26,184 nt of DNA from the IMG/VR virus record IMGVR_UViG_3300020173_001505, positions 1-26,184 of that record. One strand, written 5' to 3'. The notes under the pieces were generated by a model. The model worked only from the letters and a program-made list of their open reading frames with translations. It ran no database searches and was not told where the DNA came from. Positions 16,867 to 24,865 of this stretch are shown here, one piece after another. Within the stretch, counting starts at the first letter, position 1; every line of letters begins with the position of its first letter. The position numbers and the translations under genes are program-made. Source of the stretch: a virus (taxonomy: Duplodnaviria; Caudoviricetes).

Positions 16867-18421
16867 CGCGTCTCAAAATATCTGGCAATTCCGTATCCTC
16901 TTCTGGGGTAGTTGAATTGGGTTCTATCACAATTCCATTGCGAAAGTTTGCGATATCTTGTAAATCACCGCATTCTTCTACAGAGAAATTCTTAATGCGA
17001 AGATTGATGAAGTTGCGCTTTTTAGAGCCATCTGGCATAGATACAGGATTAATATGACGAAGAGCATCTCGGCCCAAATGTCTAGCCTTTAAGTTGATCA
17101 GCTTGTGTGTTCCAAAGTCTTCTCCTTCATCGGCAATTTCATCTACAACTTTTTGCCTCAACAAGAAAAGCCAAGAACAAAAGTGAGTAATTGCATCAGA
17201 AAGAGAAACCACGCTTTCGTCATCGACAATATTTTCCACGCCTCGGTTGGTTGTGATGCCAAGTCTATTTGATTGAACAGATGTTAGCATTGAGACACAA
17301 GGCTTTCCATCAAAGCATAGATCGCGATGAATGGTTTGCTTAAATTTATGAACAAGATAAGCAACCTGCGCCCAACCATCATTTTTGCCCATGTTGGCAA
17401 AATCAGTTTTGATATAATCGAAGCTAAAGATCATTTCATTGCCGCGACCAATTTTAGAATAATAAATTCTTTTTAATTGAGAACACATTTCATCTGCATC
17501 CATTCCAGCCACATTAATGTAATATAGCTTCATGCCATTGCCTTCCTTAATTTTCTTGAAGGTGTTTCTGACTCTTGCCACCACTTCTTCGGCGCTTAAA
17601 TCGTTGTATCCTGTGTTTCTCCATTTGCCTGTTTCAAGCAACCACATTGGAATACCGCTCATAGCAGAGCATTGGCGCATAACAAGTTCTTCTTCGCTCA
17701 TTTCACCATTGTCGAAATGCACAACTGGCACATTGTTTGCCGCTCCTGTGCGTGTGCAATAATCTAAAGCATAGCTTGTTTTACCTTGGCCTGATCTAGC
17801 AACAATAACAGCAATGTTGCCAGCCCTCAAAATCGGCCCATAAATTTCATTCATGCGCTTATGCGGCCCTAACAGACCAAAACTTTCTTGAGGATTATTG
17901 CCACGATCTTCAATCAGGTCTTCCATGATTTCAAAAAGATCAACTGGCCCAGAATCACCACATTCGAAGTTTTTCAAGTCTTCGTTATATAGTTTGTCTG
18001 CCGAATCAATGATTTCTTGATAGCTTAAAGTTGGGTCTGCTTTTTTAACAAACTTGGCAGTCTTTGAGCATGAATTGTAAATTGTGCGACAAGCTGTGAC
18101 TTTCTTTAATTCTTTTACGCAGCTAATGAATACTTCTTCTGAAATTTTGAAGTAAGCTAAAGAGTGTATGAATTCAGAAATTTCAATATTATCTGGAAAG
18201 CTAACGTTTAGTGCGTTAAGCTTTTCGATAAGAATCGTATCATCAATAGCTTCTCCTTTATTCAAAGAAGAGCGGATAAGCTTGAAAATTGAAATATGAA
18301 CTTTCGAATCTTCGCTATAAAAGTCTTTTTCGTTGATAATAGTGGCTATTTCTTCCCACTTATGCTGGTGCTGAAGCAATCCACTTAGCACTTTTTTTTC
18401 TAGTTCAAAGGAATGAATCAT
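16853..18421 (-). CDS. dnaB: Replicative SF4 helicase, DnaB-like
   Basis: N-terminal E..VL..LL....DFY...H..IF; Walker A ARSGQGKT, GEMSEEEL, FDYIK, QSNR, KARH. Confidence 0.92.
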   Translation of the reverse strand: MIHSFELEKKVLSGLLQHQHKWEEIATIINEKDFYSEDSKVHISIFKLIRSSLNKGEAIDDTILIEKLNALNVSFPDNIEISEFIHSLAYFKISEEVFISCVKELKKVTACRTIYNSCSKTAKFVKKADPTLSYQEIIDSADKLYNEDLKNFECGDSGPVDLFEIMEDLIEDRGNNPQESFGLLGPHKRMNEIYGPILRAGNIAVIVARSGQGKTSYALDYCTRTGAANNVPVVHFDNGEMSEEELVMRQCSAMSGIPMWLLETGKWRNTGYNDLSAEEVVARVRNTFKKIKEGNGMKLYYINVAGMDADEMCSQLKRIYYSKIGRGNEMIFSFDYIKTDFANMGKNDGWAQVAYLVHKFKQTIHRDLCFDGKPCVSMLTSVQSNRLGITTNRGVENIVDDESVVSLSDAITHFCSWLFLLRQKVVDEIADEGEDFGTHKLINLKARHLGRDALRHINPVSMPDGSKKRNFINLRIKNFSVEECGDLQDIANFRNGIVIEPNSTTPEEDTELPDILRRDEQL

Positions 18422-18633
18422 TCTAAGTGTTGTTGGTTATATAGGTCAATAGTTCTTTGCAATGCTACGTTTACGCATTGGTTTGATGTTCTTGTTGTCA
18501 TGGCGGGTTCGCCTCGATCATTAATGAAAAACAAAAAGTATCCTTGATTCGATCCATCTTGTGATCCTGTTGCATCATATAATTTTGACAATAATGATGC
18601 TGGAATCTTTAGTTCGTCTTCTGGTTCAATCAT
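18418..18633 (-). CDS. Hypothetical protein (71 aa)
   Basis: ATGA-type overlaps on both sides within the replication operon. Confidence 0.75.
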   Translation of the reverse strand: MIEPEDELKIPASLLSKLYDATGSQDGSNQGYFLFFINDRGEPAMTTRTSNQCVNVALQRTIDLYNQQHLE

Positions 18634-19037
18634 ATCGCTCCTAGTTCTTTAAGTAAGTCTATTGATATTGAATCTGATTGCAAGACTCTAATCATTGTAA
18701 TGTCGTTTTTTTCGCAGAAAACTTCTTTTTCGTTGTCTCGACAAAGCTGTTTTAAATAATTTTGTCTAGAACCTGCGTGAAAATGTTTGTTGTATTGATA
18801 ATGCTGCGCCCCATCAACTTCTAATGCAATTTTTTTCGATGCATTATAAAAATCAATTGTCATGCGTGTTCCAACTACTGGAAGTTCTTCGAAAACAACA
18901 TCAGAAAACCAAAAGGGATATAATAAATCTTTTACTTCTTTTTGCAGTTTACTACGACAACCTGCGTCCCAATTAATTTTATATTTATGAGGACTTGATA
19001 GTTTCTTTTTTGCGCCAAAAGAATTGTAGAAGATCAT
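18630..19037 (-). CDS. DUF559/Vsr-like endonuclease
   Basis: FEE.....IDFY.....ALEVDGAQH....RD.EK...C....I..IRV. Confidence 0.8.
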   Translation of the reverse strand: MIFYNSFGAKKKLSSPHKYKINWDAGCRSKLQKEVKDLLYPFWFSDVVFEELPVVGTRMTIDFYNASKKIALEVDGAQHYQYNKHFHAGSRQNYLKQLCRDNEKEVFCEKNDITMIRVLQSDSISIDLLKELGAI

Positions 19038-20182
19038 GCGCTTAGAATATTCTTTTCAACAAACTTGCGAAGATGTTTGGTAAGCTTTTCGTCTTCTTCA
19101 AGAATAGTATAAATTTTATTCATGCCTTGAATCTTGTCAGGAAACTCAAAACCACCTTCGTTAATGTATTCAGCAAGCTCTGGCTCAGTAGCAAACCATG
19201 AACCACTCTTTGAAAAGAATCCCCAAGAAAGTAAAAGGTCTACAATCTCGCGTTCGATCCAAACGCTTTTGCCGCCCTGTCTACCATATTTTACTGGATA
19301 GCGAATCAGGCGACCAGTGGTTTCATTGTCGGACTTGCGAATGCGAGCTTTTACATAATGACCGATTGCCTTGTTTGTATCGCTCATTTGTTGATCTGGT
19401 TTTTCTAAAATTTTGTCTTTTGCAAACTGTCTCTCAAACTCTAATACCCAATTTGGGTAATGAGAAAGAGCATTGGCTCCTGATGCACTTGTTGTGCTGT
19501 TTGGATCAAGGCTTTCATATTGGCCTTTGATGGTTGCTCTGACTTGTGAAATCATAATGCAAAGATGGCCAAACTTACCCATGCCCAAACTTACTCTGCG
19601 AAGAAAGTCTGAAGAAAGTAGTGCGCCGCCAGCTACTTTGTTTGCTTCGCTAGTGCTTTTTTCGGCATCGTCTTTCGGCAAAAGACTGTCCATGCTATCA
19701 ATAATGATGCAGAACCTTGTTTTGCTTGGATTATTTTTAAGGATGCCGCGAATAAAATCAAATACAAAATCATAAATATGAGATTGAAGAACAAGACAGG
19801 TTCCATCTTCCCATTCTTCCGCTAGGTAAACAAAATTAACACCAGAACGCTCTCTCATTTTTTTGCCAAGTCTTCCTTCTGCTTGAACATAAAGGCCGCG
19901 AGAGCCTTTGTGGTCAGAAAGCATTTCATGCATAATCTGCAAAGCCTCGCTGGTTTTGCCGCATTCGTTGCCACCAGTAAAACGAAGTAGTCCTGAAAGG
20001 AAACCTCCACCAATTTCTGAATCCATGATCATAGAACCACTGGAAACAAAATCATCCTCTTCGACTGATTCCTCGAAATTAAGGTGATGTTGTTTATTGG
20101 ATTTCATTAAACCAGCCGCAAAGTCACGCACATCTGGTTGCTTTTTTTCTACATTATCTGTTGTTTTAGTTTTTGCGCTCAT
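19034..20182 (-). CDS. recA: RecA/UvsX-like recombinase
   Basis: SSGS..MD..IGGG, Walker A GGNECGKT, AE, Walker B IIIDS, ISQVR, SGANAL.H, KSGSWF; divergent from bacterial RecA. Confidence 0.88.
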   Translation of the reverse strand: MSAKTKTTDNVEKKQPDVRDFAAGLMKSNKQHHLNFEESVEEDDFVSSGSMIMDSEIGGGFLSGLLRFTGGNECGKTSEALQIMHEMLSDHKGSRGLYVQAEGRLGKKMRERSGVNFVYLAEEWEDGTCLVLQSHIYDFVFDFIRGILKNNPSKTRFCIIIDSMDSLLPKDDAEKSTSEANKVAGGALLSSDFLRRVSLGMGKFGHLCIMISQVRATIKGQYESLDPNSTTSASGANALSHYPNWVLEFERQFAKDKILEKPDQQMSDTNKAIGHYVKARIRKSDNETTGRLIRYPVKYGRQGGKSVWIEREIVDLLLSWGFFSKSGSWFATEPELAEYINEGGFEFPDKIQGMNKIYTILEEDEKLTKHLRKFVEKNILSA

Positions 20183-20624
20183 TTAAAAATTCTCTTAATG
20201 ATCTAATTTTTGGTTTCACTATATCTTCTCCGATTTTCTCGTTTCCTTCCACAAATTCTTCGTGGTTTTTCGGGTTATATTGAAACTCTTTATGTTTTTT
20301 GATTAAATAATCTCGACCATCTTTTGATCGAAAATATTTAATACTTCCATTCAGTTTGAAGGGTGGTTTTACTTTCAATAGAAAGTCAATATCATTGTCA
20401 AACCACTCAAAAACTTTAGTCACAACCATCATATCCAAGCGGATATCATCAGACTTACCGCCATCAAGCATTCGCTTAATAAATTCTTTTCTTTCTTTAA
20501 CGAAAGGTTTTGGTTGCTTTTTAATTTTAGAAGCTTGAAACACTTCCCCACAGTTCTGACAACTGGACGCTCTTGCGCCAATCAAGTCTTTACATTTGGG
20601 GCATTCTTTCTTACCTCTAGGCAT
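20166..20624 (-). CDS. Zinc-ribbon hypothetical protein
   Basis: N-terminal CPKC-x9-CQNC; first gene after a consensus promoter. Confidence 0.75.
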   Translation of the reverse strand: MPRGKKECPKCKDLIGARASSCQNCGEVFQASKIKKQPKPFVKERKEFIKRMLDGGKSDDIRLDMMVVTKVFEWFDNDIDFLLKVKPPFKLNGSIKYFRSKDGRDYLIKKHKEFQYNPKNHEEFVEGNEKIGEDIVKPKIRSLREFLNERKN

Positions 20625-20632
20625 ATCCTTGG

Positions 20633-20661
20633 AATATACCTAATTTTGAATCATTAGTCAA
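20633..20661 (-). promoter_or_regulatory. Sigma70-type promoter for the recombination/replication operon
   Basis: TTGACT-N17-TATATT-N8-ATG. Confidence 0.72.
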
Positions 20662-20773
20662 GTGATTTTTGAACAGTGGTAAATACAACCCCTACAATAA
20701 AAGCTACTGCAATAAGACCAAAAATAGTTTCTTTTTGTGTGATCTTAACTTTAGTGCTTGTTTCGACCTTCAT
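20654..20773 (-). CDS. 39-aa single-pass membrane protein, missing from the ORF track
   Basis: MKVETSTKVKITQKETIFGLIAVAFIVGVVFTTVQKSLD*; TAATG overlap with the lipoprotein stop. Confidence 0.7.
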   Translation of the reverse strand: MKVETSTKVKITQKETIFGLIAVAFIVGVVFTTVQKSLD

Positions 20774-21045
20774 TATTTTAAAAGTATTGCTGTTGCGCCA
20801 GATGCTGCGATAGCAGAACCAGCGGCAGCGGCTTTATTGGCGAACGCCTTGCCTTGCGCTTCTGTAGCCGAAGAATGATCAACCGAAAAAGCACTCCAAA
20901 CAATAGAGCCGTCTGCATTTTGACGATATTCTACTTGTTCCATATTTCCATAAAACTTTGCGATTGCTTTTCCATCTTGGTAAAAAGCGGTTTTTGCACA
21001 AGAGCAAAACAAGACGGACATTAAAGTTAATGTTATTTTTTTCAT
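20773..21045 (-). CDS. Putative lipoprotein with an Ala-rich hydrophobic C-terminus
   Basis: Signal peptide MKKITLTLMSVLFCS-C; tail AAAAGSAIAASGATAILLK. Confidence 0.7.
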   Translation of the reverse strand: MKKITLTLMSVLFCSCAKTAFYQDGKAIAKFYGNMEQVEYRQNADGSIVWSAFSVDHSSATEAQGKAFANKAAAAGSAIAASGATAILLK

Positions 21046-22064
21046 TTTAAATCATTTTCTACCATTTTACGCACTAAGCTAAGAAAGTCTGTTTCTGGTT
21101 TCCAACCTAGTTCTTCACGAATCTTTGTTGAGTCGCCAAGAAGTAGCTCTACTTCTGCTGGTCTGTGGAAGTCGGGGTTGATTTTAACAAGCACGATATC
21201 TTCGTGTTTGTAAACTTCGTTTAAGCCGCTTCCTTCCCACCTGCATTTTTCAGCACCAAATCCAGCAAAGGAAAACGCGGCTTCGACAAATTCGCGAATA
21301 GTGTGGGTTTCGTTTGATGAAAGAATATATTCTTTTGGTTCTGGTTGGTTGACCATGAGCCAGACACCCTTCACAAAGTCTTCTGCATCACTCCAATCTC
21401 GTTTTGCATCTAGGTTGCCTAGTTCAAGAGGTTTAAAGCTTCCTGTTTTATACTCTTTGAAGATACGGGCTACATTTTTTGTGATCTTTCTGGTGACAAA
21501 TTCTTCGCCACGGCGAACTCCTTCGTGGTTGAAAAGCCAACCCTGAATTGCAAAAAGATTATAACTTTCGCGATAAACCTTCACTAAGTGTCTTGCTGCA
21601 CACTTAGACGCTCCATACGGACTGCGTGGGCGCAGAGGATGCGTTTCGTCCTGTGGTGTGGCAACTACATCGCCAAACTCTTCGGACGTTCCTGCGTTGT
21701 AGTAACGGCAATTGGGGGCGTATTTACGAATAGCTTCAAGCTGATGTAACACAGCCATTGTATTTGCTTCCATTACTTGCGCTGGCATCTTCCAGCTAAC
21801 GCCAACAAAAGAATTAGCGGCAAAATTAATAAAATAATCTGGTTGTTCGTCTTGAATCACCCTATCTGTGTTTTGCGGGTCTGTAATATCAAGATCAATA
21901 AGTTTAAATCTTGGGTTGCCAATTAAGTGATCAATGTTTTGATGATTTTTAACGCTAAGTCGGCGCACACCGCCAATAATTGTGTGTTCGGTATTTTTGA
22001 GAAGATAGTCGGCCATAAGTGAGCCATCTTGACCAGTAACGCCTGTAATAATTATCTTTTTCAT
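21042..22064 (-). CDS. gmd: GDP-mannose 4,6-dehydratase
   Basis: ITGVTGQDGS, AANSFV..SW, PRSPYGASK, LFNHE..RRGEEFVTRKI, LGNLDAKRDW, RPAEVELLLGD. Confidence 0.95.
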   Translation of the reverse strand: MKKIIITGVTGQDGSLMADYLLKNTEHTIIGGVRRLSVKNHQNIDHLIGNPRFKLIDLDITDPQNTDRVIQDEQPDYFINFAANSFVGVSWKMPAQVMEANTMAVLHQLEAIRKYAPNCRYYNAGTSEEFGDVVATPQDETHPLRPRSPYGASKCAARHLVKVYRESYNLFAIQGWLFNHEGVRRGEEFVTRKITKNVARIFKEYKTGSFKPLELGNLDAKRDWSDAEDFVKGVWLMVNQPEPKEYILSSNETHTIREFVEAAFSFAGFGAEKCRWEGSGLNEVYKHEDIVLVKINPDFHRPAEVELLLGDSTKIREELGWKPETDFLSLVRKMVENDLK

Positions 22065-22100
22065 TCAAATATATATTTGGTATTTAACATTAACAATGTT

Positions 22101-22121
22101 TTCTTACTCTGATAGTATTTT
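22101..22121. repeat. Direct repeat, copy A (21 bp, identical to 22762-22782)
   Basis: TTCTTACTCTGATAGTATTTT at both sites, each at the 3' end of a methyltransferase gene. Confidence 0.9.
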
Positions 22122-22615
22122 TATTTTTTTTCAGCTATAACGTAAAAAGCATTATTCAAATCGTAACTGCTCACAAAAATGTTTTTCATTCCAAATTCTT
22201 CAAGGCATTCTTTTATAAGTTCGCCATCCAGACTATGAATATGTTTTTTGTTATAAAATGGCCTCCAATATTTTTGTGTTTTGTGAGGTAAATACAAAAA
22301 TAAATTACCGCCTTCTTTTAAATGATCAATCCAATATTCCAAAGCTGAAACCCAATTATCTAAATGTTCTAAGCAGTGACTGCTAAATATATAATCCACC
22401 TTTTCTTTCGGCAAATTCATTGCGCTCCATTCGTCATCTAGAGAAATATCTATTCCAATAGCTCCATCTAGCTTCCATTCTTCTTTAGAAAATCCAATAT
22501 CATAACCAATACCCTTGCATATGTGTTTGGCAAAAGGAAATGCGAACTGAGAAGCAAAACCTTGAGACTGAAAATAAGGATAATTTTCTTCTTTAAATTT
22601 AATTACTTCAATCAT
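22121..22615 (-). CDS. Class I SAM-dependent methyltransferase (short, Methyltransf_11-like)
   Basis: GYDIG, GIDI, DYIFSSHCLEH, LKEGG.LFLYLP. Confidence 0.85.
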   Translation of the reverse strand: MIEVIKFKEENYPYFQSQGFASQFAFPFAKHICKGIGYDIGFSKEEWKLDGAIGIDISLDDEWSAMNLPKEKVDYIFSSHCLEHLDNWVSALEYWIDHLKEGGNLFLYLPHKTQKYWRPFYNKKHIHSLDGELIKECLEEFGMKNIFVSSYDLNNAFYVIAEKK

Positions 22616-22626
22616 ATTTCAATTTT

Positions 22627-22655
22627 ATTATATTGGCAAGTCGTATCAATATCAA
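22627..22655 (-). promoter_or_regulatory. Sigma70-type promoter
   Basis: TTGATA-N17-TATAAT-N11-ATG. Confidence 0.65.
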
Positions 22656-22736
22656 TTTCAATTGCCTTTTTTATGATTTTATCTCAATTTAATCAAGGAT
22701 TAAGTGTTCGCTATTTTTAGAAGATAGTCTAATCAT
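22650..22736 (-). pseudogene. Decayed 5' fragment of an FkbM-like methyltransferase paralog
   Basis: Reads MIRLSSKNSEHLILD*IEIK, then after frameshifts HKK and AIEID; compare MMKIKSQNGEHIFVEKIFQKIGVNNKTFVEIG of 23282..23986. By-eye similarity only. Confidence 0.4.
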
Positions 22737-22738
22737 TT

Positions 22739-22782
22739 TTCTTTTTCCATTTCAGGTTTTGTTCTTACTCTGATAGTATTTT
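22739..22782. repeat. Direct repeat, copy B
   Basis: 22739-22780 matches 23239-23280 at 38 of 42 positions (500 bp apart); 22762-22782 equals copy A. Confidence 0.9.
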
Positions 22783-23274
22783 CTTTTTCTTGAGTGCTAC
22801 GATTCCGTGAAGTTCCTCTACGATATCATAAAAATCCAAAACATATTCCCTATATCTTGGTCTACTCCAATCGTGGATGAATACAATAGAATTATCATTA
22901 ATAATATCCAATGCTCGTTCCGCGCAGAATTTTCTTGCTCGGCCATCAACCAAGACAAAATCAAAAATCTGTCCTTTGAAACTATCTACTGCGTTAACAT
23001 AATCAAGGAAGTCCTCTTTGGGTGTGTCGTTATCGGATCGTGGTTTGTTGTTAGGAATAATATAATATTCAACCTTTTCTCCAACGAGAGGTTGGATTAA
23101 ATTAGCCCAATCTTGAAAGTGTTCGATACTCACATAGCGAGAACAAAACTTCTCGAAAAAAATAGTTGAGCCGCCAGACCCCCACTCAAAGAATGACTTT
23201 GGTGTTGGCTTAATATAAGAAAGAATAAATTCAATTTCTTCTTTTTCCATTTCAGGTGTTGTTCTTGCTTTCAT
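22765..23274 (-). CDS. Class I SAM-dependent methyltransferase (glycan O-methyltransferase-like)
   Basis: FEWGSGGST, SIEH..W, FDFVLVDGRAR..C, VFIHDW.R..Y. Start is ATG 23274 (MKART) or 23292. Confidence 0.85.
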   Translation of the reverse strand: MKARTTPEMEKEEIEFILSYIKPTPKSFFEWGSGGSTIFFEKFCSRYVSIEHFQDWANLIQPLVGEKVEYYIIPNNKPRSDNDTPKEDFLDYVNAVDSFKGQIFDFVLVDGRARKFCAERALDIINDNSIVFIHDWSRPRYREYVLDFYDIVEELHGIVALKKKKILSE

Positions 23275-23280
23275 AGTATT
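23239..23280. repeat. Direct repeat, copy C (start region of the methyltransferase gene)
   Basis: On the - strand AATACT-ATG-AAAGCAAGAACAACACCTGAAATGGAAAAAGAA; copies A and B have ATC in place of this ATG. Confidence 0.9.
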
Positions 23281-23281
23281 A

Positions 23282-23986
23282 TTAATTATCAAATATTAGA
23301 CCCTTTTCATTTACGTTAATCCAATCTAAATTTATGATTTGGTTGAATTGATCTTTTTCGCTGCTGGTTTTAATTCGTGCTTGATGTGGTTGCCAAGTTG
23401 TAGCAATATCTGCTGGTTTAACGCCAATTGATTTATGAACAAAAAAAGCATTTAATCCAAATACTTGTCCTATATAATCGTAGCCAAGTTTATTTGCAAT
23501 TCGAATTGTAGCTTTTAAAGAGCCGTTGCAAAACCATGTGTTAGGAGCTTTGCCGCGATCAAAATCTGGTCGATATGGAACAGTTAAAGAAATATCTGGG
23601 CCAAGCGATGCATTATACTCAATGCAAATAACTCTTGGCTGAATTACTGAAACAGAATCCAAAAGATGTAAATCAACACCATCAACATCAATTGAAAGAA
23701 AATCAATTTCTCCTTCAAATCTTGAACCAATTAATTGATTAATGTTATCCTTGGTGACAAAATCATTTAAAAATTTTATTTTTTGGTTGTCGTAAATGTT
23801 TGATGAATTGTTGAAACATGGGTCAATAAATAATCCGTCAAAGCCATATTGTAATGCTAATGAACAAGAGTTATTTTCTTTTGGCCAAGCCCCAATTTCA
23901 ACAAAGGTTTTATTATTGACTCCAATCTTTTGAAAAATTTTTTCAACAAAAATATGTTCGCCGTTTTGAGATTTAATTTTCATCAT
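23282..23986 (-). CDS. FkbM-like methyltransferase
   Basis: SQNGE, FVEIGA, IDFLSIDVDGVD, PRVICIEYN, LGY......NAFFV. Confidence 0.85.
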   Translation of the reverse strand: MMKIKSQNGEHIFVEKIFQKIGVNNKTFVEIGAWPKENNSCSLALQYGFDGLFIDPCFNNSSNIYDNQKIKFLNDFVTKDNINQLIGSRFEGEIDFLSIDVDGVDLHLLDSVSVIQPRVICIEYNASLGPDISLTVPYRPDFDRGKAPNTWFCNGSLKATIRIANKLGYDYIGQVFGLNAFFVHKSIGVKPADIATTWQPHQARIKTSSEKDQFNQIINLDWINVNEKGLIFDN

Positions 23987-24855
23987 TTAAAATGTTTTTC
24001 TATAGTATTGATCAAACTTTGTTCTATTTGTTGTTCAATCTCTTGGTTTTTAAAATTCATCATAAAATTTTTACCGTTTTGAGCGATATCTTTGCACTTT
24101 TGGTCGTTATTCATGCACCAATACAATACTCCATTAAAGTCTGAAAAGTTTCTCTTAACAGGAATGTAGTGAACATATGGTTTTAGAAGGTGTTCGCAAA
24201 GCCAAGAATGAAATCTTGGTTGTGGCATAATTGGAACTGAGTTCGAAGCAAGAATCCAATTGAGACTGCTTGACTTGTCATTACCATCAATTACTGGCAA
24301 ATATTTGTGTTTAAGAAATTCATTTACTCCACAAAATCCTTTCAACCATTCTGGTTTGTATAGAGGTTTATGAGTCTTGATGTTTTGAGAATAATCTGAA
24401 AAAGCTACATCGTGAACACCGAAATACTTTTGCACAAAATTAATACGCTCATTAAAATGCATGTTATGTCCTGTATCCGCGCCTCTCCAAAATACGGTGT
24501 TACTTTTGTCTTCCCATTTGATATCGTGAGAAGTAGTGTTTATCACCCAATGGCGTTTTTTATTAAGGTTTGCAATAACGCCTGTAGACTGTTTATTAAA
24601 TGTATCTCTTGTCTTTACTAGAACTGGATAATTTTCGCCCACATATGGCTTATCTCCGCAACAAAACCAAAGGCTTTTATTTTTAGATAGATTGTGATAA
24701 CGAATGATATCCTCATTATAATTAAGACGAGAAGGTATTTCCTTGTCAATCTTGAAAGGATGATCAAAGGGTAAAAAATGAATGTTTGGAGGTTCTTGAT
24801 TAGTCCACGGCTGACCAAGATAAAATCTTATTCTTTCAGAGGCATATATTTTCAT
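23983..24855 (-). CDS. Glycosyltransferase family 90 (CAP10/LpsA-like)
   Basis: WEDK...VFWRG, KHKYL..IDGND.SSSL.W.LASNSV.IM, LKPYVHYIPVK, IAQNG. Confidence 0.85.
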   Translation of the reverse strand: MKIYASERIRFYLGQPWTNQEPPNIHFLPFDHPFKIDKEIPSRLNYNEDIIRYHNLSKNKSLWFCCGDKPYVGENYPVLVKTRDTFNKQSTGVIANLNKKRHWVINTTSHDIKWEDKSNTVFWRGADTGHNMHFNERINFVQKYFGVHDVAFSDYSQNIKTHKPLYKPEWLKGFCGVNEFLKHKYLPVIDGNDKSSSLNWILASNSVPIMPQPRFHSWLCEHLLKPYVHYIPVKRNFSDFNGVLYWCMNNDQKCKDIAQNGKNFMMNFKNQEIEQQIEQSLINTIEKHFK

Positions 24856-24865
24856 TTTAATTTCA

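Noticed and set aside
10689-20182. Inteins or introns in dnaE, dnaB or recA explaining the split polymerase
   Set aside because: Protein lengths are ordinary, no intein terminal or homing-endonuclease motifs are evident, and the gene junctions are simple overlaps.
3575-23100. Many 60-141 aa + strand ORFs (e.g. 4739..5164, 9036..9461, 11127..11477, 19473..19775)
   Set aside because: All lie antisense to well-supported genes and have no motifs or initiation signals.
22101-23280. Repeats as a CRISPR array, integron attC sites or a DGR template/variable pair
   Set aside because: Spacing is 500-661 bp with whole genes between copies, the repeats are not palindromic, mismatches are not confined to adenines, and no integrase or reverse transcriptase is in the window.
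22121-23986. Methyltransferases as DNA restriction-modification enzymes
   Set aside because: No DPPY/NPPY or PCQ catalytic motifs; families and context indicate sugar or small-molecule O-methylation.
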